From the IMG/VR virus record IMGVR_UViG_2706794685_000007: 64,000 bases of DNA; one strand, given 5' to 3'. Every line of letters starts with the position of its first letter. The stretch's first letter is position 1. Made by a program: the position numbers and the translations under genes. Source of the DNA: an uncultured virus (IMG/VR IMGVR_UViG_2706794685_000007). Its lineage: Duplodnaviria > Heunggongvirae > Uroviricota > Caudoviricetes. Under the pieces are notes generated by a model, which saw nothing but the letters and a program-made list of their open reading frames with translations, had not been told where the DNA came from and made no database searches. Below are positions 37,908 to 48,230 of this stretch, one piece after another.

Positions 37908-38558
37908 ATGGCTAACATTATCATTTCTAAAAAGTCTATCATTGAAGCTGCATCTATTGTATCCGACGAGCTGCGCGAAAAAGCAGATCTGGCAACTCAA
38001 ACATATAACGAACATTATAAAAATGGCACGCACACTAAAGCAGACAAAGCAAATATGCAAGCTGCGACCACTAAACTTGCTTACTTCATCAACAACGTCG
38101 TAAACGCAGTAGAAGACGAAAAATTATGCTCTGTTTTCTACTATGCGATTAAAGCAAGCAAACAAGCGCCAGAAGTATTTTTCCGTGATGCAATGACTAA
38201 TAGTTATTCACTGGAAAAACTGGTTTATCTGGTTAAATCAATTAAATCTGGTAAATGCGTTTATTCCATCGCTGATATGTCTGGATCTCGTGTATTTGCT
38301 TTAATCGATATGATTAACGACGAGATCGACACGTTCACCAATGGCGCTGTTTTCGATTTAATGAATGAAGCTAAAAAAGCGTGTGAGATTAAATTGGACG
38401 CTGGCTATACTCAAGCCAACCAGTTGATCAATCTTTGCGAACGTCTTGGACTTGTTGAAAAAGTCAAAGGAGCTGGGATCGCAAAAGCTGGTACTCAGCA
38501 ATATCGCTTCATTAAAAATGATTTCTACAATTATTTAGCTGACGCTTTCAAAGCGTAA
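37908..38558 (+). CDS. Hypothetical early protein
   Basis: 216 aa, TAAGGA RBS, downstream of the promoter. Confidence 0.75.
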   Translation: MANIIISKKSIIEAASIVSDELREKADLATQTYNEHYKNGTHTKADKANMQAATTKLAYFINNVVNAVEDEKLCSVFYYAIKASKQAPEVFFRDAMTNSYSLEKLVYLVKSIKSGKCVYSIADMSGSRVFALIDMINDEIDTFTNGAVFDLMNEAKKACEIKLDAGYTQANQLINLCERLGLVEKVKGAGIAKAGTQQYRFIKNDFYNYLADAFKA

Positions 38559-38606
38559 TTAATGGAATTAAGCGCCCATAGTGGGCGCTTTAAAGGAGCT
38601 TTAAAG

Positions 38607-38810
38607 ATGGTCAGCTATGACAAGATCCGCGCGGAATATCGCGCAAAGTATCGCGCTTATAAACTAGAATTAATCGATGATTTGATCGCGCAACGCGACC
38701 AATTAAATTTTACGTTTTCTGATTTGCTTAACAGCAAGCGAGATTGCAAGCGCAAACGTGAATACTTACGTTTAAGCGCATTAATCGGAAAACTTCAAAA
38801 TTCTATTTAA
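38607..38810 (+). CDS. Hypothetical protein (MVSYDKIRAEY...)
   Basis: AAGGAG RBS before ATG 38607. Confidence 0.6.
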   Translation: MVSYDKIRAEYRAKYRAYKLELIDDLIAQRDQLNFTFSDLLNSKRDCKRKREYLRLSALIGKLQNSI

Positions 38811-38831
38811 TTTTTTTTAAGGAGCTTAATC

Positions 38832-39062
38832 ATGTTTGTTCTTATCGCTGGCGTTAACGTCCATAATGAATATTATGTTAATCGCATCGCTGGGATCGCT
38901 GGTTACGCTGGGCGCGCAGTCGAGCTTATAGATGAAACGACGCGCAAAATTGACTTATTGAGCGACCAGGAGCGAAAAAAAGCAGACGTGAACGACGCTG
39001 ATATATTTTTAATGTTAAAAGCGTTTGTCGAAATGGGATTTAAAATCAGTTTACACAAATAA
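38832..39062 (+). CDS. Hypothetical protein
   Basis: AAGGAG RBS; 76 aa. Confidence 0.65.
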   Translation: MFVLIAGVNVHNEYYVNRIAGIAGYAGRAVELIDETTRKIDLLSDQERKKADVNDADIFLMLKAFVEMGFKISLHK

Positions 39063-39068
39063 AATCGA

Positions 39069-39091
39069 GCGCCCACTATGGGCGCTTTTTT
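39069..39091 (+). terminator. Rho-independent terminator
   Basis: AGCGCCCA-cta-TGGGCGCT followed by a T run. Confidence 0.75.
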
Positions 39092-39677
39092 CGTTTCCAA
39101 TACACCTACCATAACGCGCCAATGATGGCGCGTTTTTATTGTCTTTAACTCACTCCAACAACATAAAAATAAGCGCCAAAATAACGCCATAGACGCGCTT
39201 TTATATCCTTGTCAGTACATACCCATTACTTAACACATTAACGCGCTTAAAACACGTTATATTGCGCTATAGAGTATGGTTAATCATTGGCTTTTAGTCT
39301 TGCTATGTGATCCGCGTTTATTTGTCGGCGCGGATCGGCATTTTGTTTTGTTCCGTATCCGCTCGCGTATTATGTGCGCGTGATTTTTCACATAATCACA
39401 CCACTTAATCACGTATGCGATTACGCTACGAAAGAAATCTGGATGTCTCAGGCGACGAAAGTCATCATAATTTTCCCCGCTCACCTGTCCGACAACCGCT
39501 GGTTGGATTCCACCAGCTTCCCGATGTTTTTTCTACATAAAGGCGAATGCAGCCGTTTCCCGAAAAAATCCTGGCCGTTCCCCGTCGGTTCATGAATACG
39601 TTCCTCGCCGTTTCTGAAAATTTCCCTGCGGCATCTGGTGGCTATAGAGAAAGGGCCGTTACTGGCCCTCTTCTCAG

Positions 39678-40160
39678 TTACACGCCATCAAGGATGTGGA
39701 TGCGGTTGCTTGCGTATACATTCAGCATAAAGTTAGCGCAAAACAGTTTCCATGTATCAACGCCAGCGGTATACGTAATGTTTTTGCATTTAATTGCATT
39801 GTTGGCGATCCGCATCCCCTGCGATACTGCTTCATCGTCGGAAAATTTGAACGACGATTGAGTTTTAATCCAGACAGAAATCTGCGTAGCGAACTCAATC
39901 AGCTTGGACTGGCAGAATCGCCCGGAGCGCACCGGAAAGACGAACGTTCCGAATCCAGAATTTACCACATACGCTTTCTCAAATACCCGCGAGTAACGAC
40001 GATTGCCAATGATGTCGCGTGCAATAATGCATTTTTCTTGTGCTGACAGTTCTACCGTCTCATTGTCGCGCCATGCACCAAGTACTCGTTTTTCAATGTC
40101 AGAGAACGTTACAGCGATATTGCCATGTGCGGGTGCGTTTACAGTAGCGATAAAATTCAT
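39678..40160 (-). CDS. Hypothetical protein
   Basis: 160 aa, AAGGA RBS. Confidence 0.7.
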   Translation of the reverse strand: MNFIATVNAPAHGNIAVTFSDIEKRVLGAWRDNETVELSAQEKCIIARDIIGNRRYSRVFEKAYVVNSGFGTFVFPVRSGRFCQSKLIEFATQISVWIKTQSSFKFSDDEAVSQGMRIANNAIKCKNITYTAGVDTWKLFCANFMLNVYASNRIHILDGV

Positions 40161-40364
40161 GATTAATTCCTTATCGTAAATAACAAATTGTTTTCTTGTT
40201 GGCGTTAATTATCGTTGTACGAATAAGGCGTCAAAGTGGAAAGTTGCGGTAGCCGGACGGGAACAGGTGGGTTTGTCGGTTGCCTGGAGGTAAGAGGTTG
40301 GTGTTTTTAGCCTGCGGGAAACAGGATGGTCATTTAAGGCCACCAGCAGTGGTGGCCTTAATAA

Positions 40365-40508
40365 TTATCGACCGATTACGCTAAGGATCTTTTCCTCAAC
40401 TGATTTGTTGTTGCGACTAAACTGCCTTGCGTATCTGATGACAGAAGAGGCGTTTTGCTTTCTGACTATCTCGGCTCTTTCCTTCAGGCGTTTCTTGAAA
40501 TCGCCCAT
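40365..40508 (-). CDS. Small basic hypothetical protein (47 aa)
   Basis: Manual translation MGDFKKRLKERAEIVRKQNASSVIRYARQFSRNNKSVEEKILSVIGR, directly after the upstream stop. Confidence 0.5.
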   Translation of the reverse strand: MGDFKKRLKERAEIVRKQNASSVIRYARQFSRNNKSVEEKILSVIGR

Positions 40509-40510
40509 AT

Positions 40511-40885
40511 TTACCACCAGGCGCAGAAGGTCAGTCTGTTATTGTGAAAGTCGTGGTTCTTAATCAGCTCTTCCACAAGTTTTTTCAACTCCCCCACGTC
40601 ATGCCAGTACCCTTCATCGTACTCCTGACTGCCGAAGAAAAAACCTTCACAGGTAGGTAAGTACTCTTCGCAGTTACTTTCGTTCATGTGCATCAAATGA
40701 GCTTTCAGAGCACAAATGTCATTCATCGTTAATTCTAAAAGCTCACAATTTTTGACTTCACCTACGTTGCGTTCCATCCACCCAAAGAGAGCATTGAACT
40801 TACGGAAGTAAGCAACCTTCTTTCTGGATGCATCGTTATTCAGATCGTTTTTTGGTTGCGTCTCAATGTAGATATCAAGTCCCAT
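40511..40885 (-). CDS. Conserved phage hypothetical protein (MGLD...GFFFGS...Y type)
   Basis: MGLDIY, YFRKFNAL, LPTCEGFFFGSQEYDEGY. Confidence 0.7.
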   Translation of the reverse strand: MGLDIYIETQPKNDLNNDASRKKVAYFRKFNALFGWMERNVGEVKNCELLELTMNDICALKAHLMHMNESNCEEYLPTCEGFFFGSQEYDEGYWHDVGELKKLVEELIKNHDFHNNRLTFCAWW

Positions 40886-41003
40886 GATGGTTTCCTTATC
40901 AAGTTGCTTTCAGTGAAAGCATTTTCACAAATCAGATAAGGCAGAAAACAAATTGTTATCGGGCATAAGAAAATGGCGCGGTTTACGCGCCATTCAAAGA
41001 GGA

Positions 41004-41399
41004 TTAAGCGAATACGCTTTCAGGGATTAAGGTGTCAGCAGGAATGCCGGAGGTAATGCGCAGACCATACTGACCAATCCAGGTAGTGTTAGTGTTCAGA
41101 CTGGAAGCGAATACGGTGTTAACCATATTCATCATGGTTTCAAACACCTCTTTATTCACCTTACGGAAGTAACTTTCAATTTTCAACAACAACGGGTCCG
41201 TTGCATCAAAAATGGACTGATATTGCGCCTCATATTCCCCGCCTGATGTATCTCCTTTACGCACAATAGTACTTGCCTGAACTTCAGTTCCAGTTTCGGT
41301 GTTGTACGTAACGACGGTGATTTTAGCTACATTCTTACCTTCGGCGCTTTCTGAAGCATAGTAGACATCAACTGTCAGGTTTTCTCGTTTAACGCTCAT
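41004..41399 (-). CDS. Hypothetical protein
   Basis: ORF with GGAGAG RBS. Confidence 0.6.
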   Translation of the reverse strand: MSVKRENLTVDVYYASESAEGKNVAKITVVTYNTETGTEVQASTIVRKGDTSGGEYEAQYQSIFDATDPLLLKIESYFRKVNKEVFETMMNMVNTVFASSLNTNTTWIGQYGLRITSGIPADTLIPESVFA

Positions 41400-41524
41400 A
41401 TCACTCTCCATAGTGTCTTGGTTATTTTTCTATTTTATAGACATAGGTATGTACTTACAATACAAAAAACCCCGTAAGGATGGCGGGGCTGTCGTACTGT
41501 CGACTAATTACCACTTGCACATTA

Positions 41525-41836
41525 TCAGGCTATTGCCATCACTGATGCTCTCTGAATCTCTTGCTGGGCCACGCGGTTAACTTCCATCAAAGCCAGTTCG
41601 AGCTGATGTTCCGGCCACATTCTTTGAAATGCCATCCAGCCTTTTCCACGCTGGCGACGAACATTCATTACATAACGAGTAAAGGTGTTTTTATCGAAAG
41701 ACACCGCTGTTTCACGGAACAGACGAATAGAGGTTCCATTGGCAACGATGTCCAGCAAAGTTAATTGAGCAACCAGTGCAGGCTTCTCTTTTCTCTTCTG
41801 GTCTTTGTCCAGACCAAGAACCAATGATTTTTTCAT
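41525..41836 (-). CDS. Hypothetical protein
   Basis: GGAG RBS before ATG 41836. Confidence 0.6.
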   Translation of the reverse strand: MKKSLVLGLDKDQKRKEKPALVAQLTLLDIVANGTSIRLFRETAVSFDKNTFTRYVMNVRRQRGKGWMAFQRMWPEHQLELALMEVNRVAQQEIQRASVMAIA

Positions 41837-41990
41837 CACAACTCCGTAAACAACTTGTTTTCTCAATGGCGTAAATAATACCAGTAAGAAAACGGCTACA
41901 AAGCATATTGATCAGGCGCATGAGCGATATGCAGGTTCTTCCCTGCGGCTACAGATGAAGTTAAGCCAGCAATGCTGGCTTTGGTTGGGC

Positions 41991-42320
41991 TTACGCGAAT
42001 ATCGCAAGGAAGTCCTGAACGTCCCAATGCTGGACGAGGTGAAGATAGACCTTAGAAATCACGTCATTTTCGCTATCGCATGTGAAGTAGTACTTCTGGC
42101 TGCGGTTGTATGTGTCCACACAAAATTCGCTCATATCCATAAAGTCAGCATCTTCACCCATGTCGCAAATCATCAAAGCAGGTGCGTCATCACGAGTCAT
42201 CAGCTCCAGCACCCATCTTGAATTAATCAGAGTGGAAGACCAACCTTCCAGCTCATAAAACTGGTCAAACTCTTTTTGAGTCAATTTCTTAATTTGGTTG
42301 ATGTCGATATTTGCAAACAT
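41991..42320 (-). CDS. Acidic hypothetical protein
   Basis: AAGGA RBS before ATG 42320; Asp/Glu- and aromatic-rich. Confidence 0.6.
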   Translation of the reverse strand: MFANIDINQIKKLTQKEFDQFYELEGWSSTLINSRWVLELMTRDDAPALMICDMGEDADFMDMSEFCVDTYNRSQKYYFTCDSENDVISKVYLHLVQHWDVQDFLAIFA

Positions 42321-42458
42321 AAAGCAATCCTTAAACATGTTGTTTTCTGAATTACGTAAACAATACCAGTAAGAAAACGGCCACAAAGTATATCGTTACG
42401 GTGCTACGCTGCCCCGAGGTTAATAGCGACAAAAGCCACCGTGCTGGTGGCCTCACTC

Positions 42459-42677
42459 TTAATCTTGGTCGTCCGGGAACTCGCTGTGTACCGCGCCCAC
42501 CAGCTCCCGCTTTTCATCTTCACTCAGCAGGTGCCAGATATCCTTCCCTTTGGGCGATTCCCCTTCTGCCGGGACGAACGACCACAACTTGCGGTACAAC
42601 TCCGGCCCCACTGCATCCAGACACTCAGCCAGGGAATCCACGCCCCACACCTCAACCGTCACAGGCATCTTAATCAT
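42459..42677 (-). CDS. Hypothetical protein
   Basis: GAGGA RBS; 72 aa. Confidence 0.55.
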   Translation of the reverse strand: MIKMPVTVEVWGVDSLAECLDAVGPELYRKLWSFVPAEGESPKGKDIWHLLSEDEKRELVGAVHSEFPDDQD

Positions 42678-44218
42678 CTCTTCATCCTCACTTCGTTTCT
42701 ATAACGTCTAAATATGCTGTTTACTTGTTGGTGTTATTATCGCAATAAGATAAAGGCGAAAAAGGATTTTATGTCGGGAAAGCCAGGCTGGGCAGTGAAT
42801 ATCCGGGAACGACACGAGAGCCAGTATTTACGATATTCTGCTCTACGCGCGCCGCGGGGCTGGTGGGTAGAATAATCCTCTCCCCGAAAACCTACTGAAA
42901 TCGATTGTGACCCGCTGGCTGTCTGGCACAATTACGCTGTATCTGGCATTCAGAGGGAATCCAGCGGTAAGCAAGTCAGCCTGCACGTGAGCGCCTCTCT
43001 TCTTCCCGCACATTACAGGTGGGTAGCTGCAACTCTCTCGCTATACCGGTACGCCGCCGTTCCTGAACCGGCATCGAGCCTTTTCCCGAAATCCACACAG
43101 GCAACTCGACCGTTTCCCTGAAAATCCCCAGCCGTTTCTGTAGCGTATGCAACCTTTTCTCTGTATGGACCGAAGGCTGACCGTAGGGGTGTTACGGGGG
43201 GTGATGGTAAGATGTTGAATAAATACGAAAAAGGAGGCGACACACCTCCTTCCCTCTCCACTTATACATACCTGGCTTCTTCGCTATACATGTTGTGTTT
43301 TATCTGTCTCAACCTCTCTATAGGCGTTAATGCTCACTCCTTCCAGAATGTTCTATACGGCGACTATTTCTGTTGGTGAATTGGGTGTGTTGTTTTCTCT
43401 GTCGGTGTATGTGGTTTCGTTAGTTTTGCGGTGGTTCTTCTATGGGGGTGTTCTCGTCGTTTTGGTGATTGTTCTTCTCCGTGTATGGAGTAATGGCAGG
43501 TGGGCGATTGCTTTCGTTATTGTGTTTGAGTTGTTTGTCTGGAGTGTGTGAAGGCTTTTGTAGTTATTCGTGTATTGGGTAATGGCGTTTCCCGTGATTG
43601 TTATGTTTCGTGTCTTTTGGGATTGAGAGAAACCTTGCGGTTACAGGCTTCGTTAGGGTTTCAGCGGTTCAGGTGTTTCTTCGCTGTTTGGGTAATGGCG
43701 TGTCGTGGGTATCGCGCGTATGAATGTTTTCGGATTGCCTGTGAAAGTTAGGTTGGTTGTCCGGTAGCCTGGGGAGAAGAGGTGGGTCTTTTCGGTAGCC
43801 TGCCATAAAGAGGTTGGTTGTTTTGGGTAATGGCATATGTGTTATTTGGTTGTTTTGTTATGCCTGAAAATAAGTTGTTTATATGGTTGTGTAACGCAAC
43901 GGGAGCGATTTTGAGCGTGTGTTTTTGTTGGTAGTGTGTTGAGTCGTCTGTGGTGAAATTTGGACGCTGTGGCGCTATCTGCTGCGTAGAATTACGGGTA
44001 TAAGAAGTGATGTGTGATAACGTCAATTTTTTAGACCAAATCGGGAGAAAGCGTTGATGTTTCGTTGATCTGTTATTTAGTTGTTTTCTTATTGGTATAA
44101 ACAACCATAACCTATTGATATTTAATGATGTGATTGCTGGTATGGGAGGGTAGTAGTGGCGATCAACGGGTTCTTATAGAAAAGAATCAAATTGTGACCG
44201 CCATTATCAACGGTTTGA

Positions 44219-44404
44219 TTAGATGAGATGGTCTAATTCATCATCTATCATGGCTTTGACGCTGGAGTCGTTCACTCCATATTTATTTATGAGCTGTTTC
44301 AGCTCTGTCGAAAACTGAAGGTAGATATCGTGAGCGTTTTTCACTGTAGGTTCAACGCCACTCATTTCAAGCGCCTTTAGTAGATATGAGTCTTCTTTAA
44401 GCAT
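44219..44404 (-). CDS. Hypothetical protein
   Basis: GGAG RBS; 61 aa. Confidence 0.5.
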   Translation of the reverse strand: MLKEDSYLLKALEMSGVEPTVKNAHDIYLQFSTELKQLINKYGVNDSSVKAMIDDELDHLI

Positions 44405-44440
44405 AAATTCTCCGTTATCTAGTATGAAGCGATTGCCGGA

Positions 44441-44740
44441 TTACCATTGCCAGCACTCAAGCCCTTCAACGACCGGTGCGCCACAATCAAAATGTACAGA
44501 GTTAAAGCCTACATCAAGTACTTTCTGAATGTTCGCAATCGCACCCTCGGATATACCATATCGACGCAACTCATCTTTCCAGTCATCGTCCTGTAACCCG
44601 GCGTGGACAATGCAACCGTACTCAATTTGTGAAACCCAATCCAGCTCATTGCTTGCGATCATGAATCGGCGAGCATCTTCCTCTGATGTATGAGATGAAC
44701 TGATCAATGCCACCTGGTAGGCTTGGGTAATGTTCAACAT
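44441..44740 (-). CDS. Conserved hypothetical protein
   Basis: ISSSHTSEED...VHFDCGAPVVEGLECWQW; GGAG RBS. Confidence 0.65.
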   Translation of the reverse strand: MLNITQAYQVALISSSHTSEEDARRFMIASNELDWVSQIEYGCIVHAGLQDDDWKDELRRYGISEGAIANIQKVLDVGFNSVHFDCGAPVVEGLECWQW

Positions 44741-44855
44741 TTCAACTACTCCAAAACAAGTTGTTTTCTTATGTGGCTTATTATCTCAATCAACAAAAGG
44801 TAGAAAACAAATTGTTTTAGGGATTGTGTAAATCAGGAGGGATTGTGTCTATATG

Positions 44856-44882
44856 AAAATGCCCGGCGTGTTGCCGGGCATT
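44856..44882 (-). terminator. Terminator downstream of metG
   Basis: AATGCCCGGC-gtgtt-GCCGGGCATT hairpin with T run on minus strand. Confidence 0.7.
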
Positions 44883-44901
44883 GCGAAGAGAGGTTGTTTA
44901 A

Positions 44902-46935
44902 TTACTTAACCTGGTGGCCAGGTTTAGCACCAGCATCCGGGCTTAACAGGAAGATATCTTTCCCGCCAGGACCGGCAGCCATCACCATGCCTTCAGAGAT
45001 ACCGAAGCGCATTTTACGTGGTGCCAGGTTAGCCACCATAATGGTGTGACGACCAATCAGTGCCTGTGGATCTGGATAAGCGGAACGGATGCCTGAGAAG
45101 ACATTACGCTTTTCACCACCGAGATCCAGCGTCAGGCGAAGCAGTTTGTCAGAACCTTCGACAAACTCCGCGTTTTCAATCAGCGCCACACGCAGGTCAA
45201 CTTTGGCGAAGTCGTCAAAGGTGATGGTTTCCTGAATCGGTTCGTCAGCCAGTGGGCCAGTTACCGGTGCAGCTGTGGCTTTCACTTCTTCTTTGGATGC
45301 TTCCACCAGTGCTTCCACCTGTTTCATATCGATACGGTTATACAGTGCCTTGAACGGATTCACTTTATGGCCCAGAAGCGGTTGCTGGATACCATCCCAG
45401 GTCAGTTCTGTATTCAGGAATGCTTCTGCACGTTCAGTCAGTTTCGGCAGTACCGGTTTCAGGTACGTCATCAGCACGCGGAACAGGTTAATGCCCATAG
45501 AGCAAATCGCCTGCAGATCTGCATCGCGACCTTCCTGCTTCGCCACCACCCACGGAGCCTGTTCATCGACATAGCGATTAGCCAGGTCAGCCAATGCCAT
45601 GATTTCACGGATAGCTTTACCAAATTCGCGGCTTTCCCATGCTTCGCCAATCACTTCAGCGGCATCAGTAAAGGTTTTGTACAGTTGCGGGTCAGCCAGT
45701 TCGCTTGTCAGCACGCCGTCAAAACGCTTGTTGATAAAGCCTGCATTACGGGAGGCCAGGTTAACCACTTTGTTCACGATATCGGCATTCACGCGCTGAA
45801 CGAAATCTTCCAGGTTGAGATCGATATCATCAATGCGCGAAGAGAGTTTCGCAGTGTAGTAGTAACGCAGGCTGTCAGCGTCAAAATGATTCAGCCAGGT
45901 GCTGGCTTTAATAAAGGTGCCGCGAGACTTGGACATCTTCGCGCCGTTCACCGTCACATAGCCGTGAACAAACAGGTTGGTCGGCTTGCGGAAGTTGCTG
46001 CCTTCCAGCATGGCAGGCCAGAACAGACTGTGGAAGTAAACGATATCTTTGCCGATGAAGTGGTACAGCTCGGCGGTGGAGTCTTTCTTCCAGTATTCGT
46101 CGAAGCTTACGCTGTCGCCGCGCTTGTCGCACAGATTCTTGAAAGAACCCATGTAGCCAATCGGCGCGTCCAGCCAGACGTAGAAATATTTGCCCGGCGC
46201 GTTCGGAATTTCAAAACCGAAGTAAGGGGCGTCGCGGGAGATATCCCACTGTTGCAGGCCAGATTCAAACCACTCCTGCATTTTATTTGCCACCTGCTCC
46301 TGCAACGCACCGCTGCGGGTCCATGCCTGCAACATTTCGCTGAAAGAGGGCAGATCAAAGAAGAAGTGTTCAGAATCACGCATTACCGGCGTAGCGCCAG
46401 AAACCACCGATTTCGGCTCGATCAGTTCAGTCGGGCTGTAGGTCGCGCCGCAGACTTCGCAGTTATCGCCGTATTGATCCGGGGATTTACATTTCGGGCA
46501 GGTGCCTTTTACAAAACGGTCCGGCAGGAACATGCATTTTTCCGGATCGTACAGCTGTGAGATGGTGCGGTTTTTAATAAAACCGTTTTCTTTCAGGCGA
46601 GAGTAGATAAGCTCGGACAACTGACGGTTCTCTTCGCTGTGCGTCGAGTGATAGTTGTCATAGCTGATGTTAAAGCCTGCGAAATCAGTCTGATGTTCCT
46701 GACTCATTTCGCCAATCATCTGTTCCGGTGTGATACCAAGCTGCTGTGCTTTCAGCATGATTGGCGTACCGTGGGCATCGTCGGCACAGATGAAATTAAC
46801 CTCGTGGCCGCGCATTCGCTGGTAACGAACCCAGACATCAGCCTGGATGTGCTCCAGCATATGGCCGAGGTGGATTGAGCCGTTAGCGTACGGCAGCGCG
46901 CACGTCACCAGAATTTTCTTCGCGACTTGGGTCAT
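44902..46935 (-). CDS. metG: Methionyl-tRNA synthetase (677 aa)
   Basis: [25 protein letters not shown], Zn knuckle CPKC/CEVC, KMSKS, C-terminal tRNA-binding domain; Escherichia-type sequence. Confidence 0.98.
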   Translation of the reverse strand: MTQVAKKILVTCALPYANGSIHLGHMLEHIQADVWVRYQRMRGHEVNFICADDAHGTPIMLKAQQLGITPEQMIGEMSQEHQTDFAGFNISYDNYHSTHSEENRQLSELIYSRLKENGFIKNRTISQLYDPEKCMFLPDRFVKGTCPKCKSPDQYGDNCEVCGATYSPTELIEPKSVVSGATPVMRDSEHFFFDLPSFSEMLQAWTRSGALQEQVANKMQEWFESGLQQWDISRDAPYFGFEIPNAPGKYFYVWLDAPIGYMGSFKNLCDKRGDSVSFDEYWKKDSTAELYHFIGKDIVYFHSLFWPAMLEGSNFRKPTNLFVHGYVTVNGAKMSKSRGTFIKASTWLNHFDADSLRYYYTAKLSSRIDDIDLNLEDFVQRVNADIVNKVVNLASRNAGFINKRFDGVLTSELADPQLYKTFTDAAEVIGEAWESREFGKAIREIMALADLANRYVDEQAPWVVAKQEGRDADLQAICSMGINLFRVLMTYLKPVLPKLTERAEAFLNTELTWDGIQQPLLGHKVNPFKALYNRIDMKQVEALVEASKEEVKATAAPVTGPLADEPIQETITFDDFAKVDLRVALIENAEFVEGSDKLLRLTLDLGGEKRNVFSGIRSAYPDPQALIGRHTIMVANLAPRKMRFGISEGMVMAAGPGGKDIFLLSPDAGAKPGHQVK

Positions 46936-47092
46936 AGTAGGCATTACTTCTTTGTAGTGAAAAGGGGCTTGATAGTAACAAAATGGCCTTATGTCTGCCA
47001 TGTGATAACAGCATTTCTCATAAATGATTAAATGTCGTAGCTGGAGTACACTACAAGGCGACAATTGCGCAAATTAAAATAAAGGAGACGGG

Positions 47093-48193
47093 ATGAGCGA
47101 GTCCAAATCGCCGGATGCCCTGAGAGCAATGGTAGCCGGTACGCTGGCTAATTTTCAGCACCCAACCCTGAAACACAACTTGACTACGCTTAAAGCGTTA
47201 CACCATGTTGCGTTGATGGATGACACACTGCATGTCGAACTAATCATGCCTTTCGTGTGGAATAAGCCTTTTGAAGACCTGAAAGAGCAATGTAGTGGTG
47301 ATCTGCTCCGTATCACTGGCGCAAAGGCTATTGACTGGAAGCTGTCGTACAACATTGCCACGCTTAAGCGCGTCAAAAACCAACCAGGCATTAATGGCGT
47401 TAAGAACATTATCGCCGTCAGCTCAGGCAAGGGCGGCGTGGGTAAATCCTCCACAGCAGTAAACTTGGCACTGGCTTTGGCTGCTGAAGGTGCGAAAGTT
47501 GGTATTTTGGATGCCGATATCTATGGTCCATCAATTCCAACCATGCTGGGCGCGGAAAACCAACGTCCAACCTCACCGGACGGTACTCACATGGCACCTA
47601 TCATGTCTCATGGCCTGGCAACCAACTCTATTGGTTATCTGGTCACCGATGACAATGCAATGGTGTGGCGTGGACCGATGGCGAGCAAGGCGCTGATGCA
47701 GATGTTGCAGGAAACACTGTGGCCTGATCTGGACTATCTCGTTCTCGATATGCCACCGGGCACTGGTGATATTCAATTGACGCTGGCGCAGAACATTCCT
47801 GTAACTGGTGCGGTTGTGGTAACTACGCCGCAAGACATCGCGCTGATCGATGCGAAGAAAGGCATTGTGATGTTCGAAAAAGTCGAAGTGCCGGTACTGG
47901 GTATCGTTGAAAACATGAGTGTGCATATTTGCAGTAACTGCGGTCATCACGAGCCAATTTTTGGCACCGGTGGAGCACAGAAACTGGCCGAGAAATACAA
48001 CACGCAGTTGTTAGGCCAAATGCCACTTCATATCTCTCTTCGTGAAGATCTGGATAACGGAACACCAACCGTTATTAGTCGTCCAGATAGCGAATTTACG
48101 GCTATTTATCGTGACCTCGCAGATCGCGTTGCTGCCCAAATGTATTGGCAAGGTGAAGTAATACCTGGCGAAATCGCATTCCGCGCAGTGTGA
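47093..48193 (+). CDS. apbC: Mrp/ApbC Fe-S cluster carrier ATPase
   Basis: SGKGGVGKSS, DADIYGPS, VWRGPM, DMPPGTGD, CSNC; divergent from metG as on enterobacterial chromosomes. Confidence 0.96.
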   Translation: MSESKSPDALRAMVAGTLANFQHPTLKHNLTTLKALHHVALMDDTLHVELIMPFVWNKPFEDLKEQCSGDLLRITGAKAIDWKLSYNIATLKRVKNQPGINGVKNIIAVSSGKGGVGKSSTAVNLALALAAEGAKVGILDADIYGPSIPTMLGAENQRPTSPDGTHMAPIMSHGLATNSIGYLVTDDNAMVWRGPMASKALMQMLQETLWPDLDYLVLDMPPGTGDIQLTLAQNIPVTGAVVVTTPQDIALIDAKKGIVMFEKVEVPVLGIVENMSVHICSNCGHHEPIFGTGGAQKLAEKYNTQLLGQMPLHISLREDLDNGTPTVISRPDSEFTAIYRDLADRVAAQMYWQGEVIPGEIAFRAV

Positions 48194-48194
48194 T

Positions 48195-48219
48195 AAAAAG
48201 GCGGTGCATTGCACCGCCT
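48195..48219. terminator. Hairpin terminator between convergent apbC and umuD-like gene
   Basis: AGGCGGTGCA-t-TGCACCGCCT preceded by an A run. Confidence 0.65.
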
Positions 48220-48230
48220 AATCAGTTCTC

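Noticed and set aside
42737..44104. Short ORFs 42737-42931, 43013-43261, 43330-43551, 43548-43751 and 43748-44104
   Set aside because: No clear RBS or motifs; their composition follows from the strand skew
45367..46560. 397-aa + strand ORF
   Set aside because: Antisense shadow of metG with no recognisable motifs
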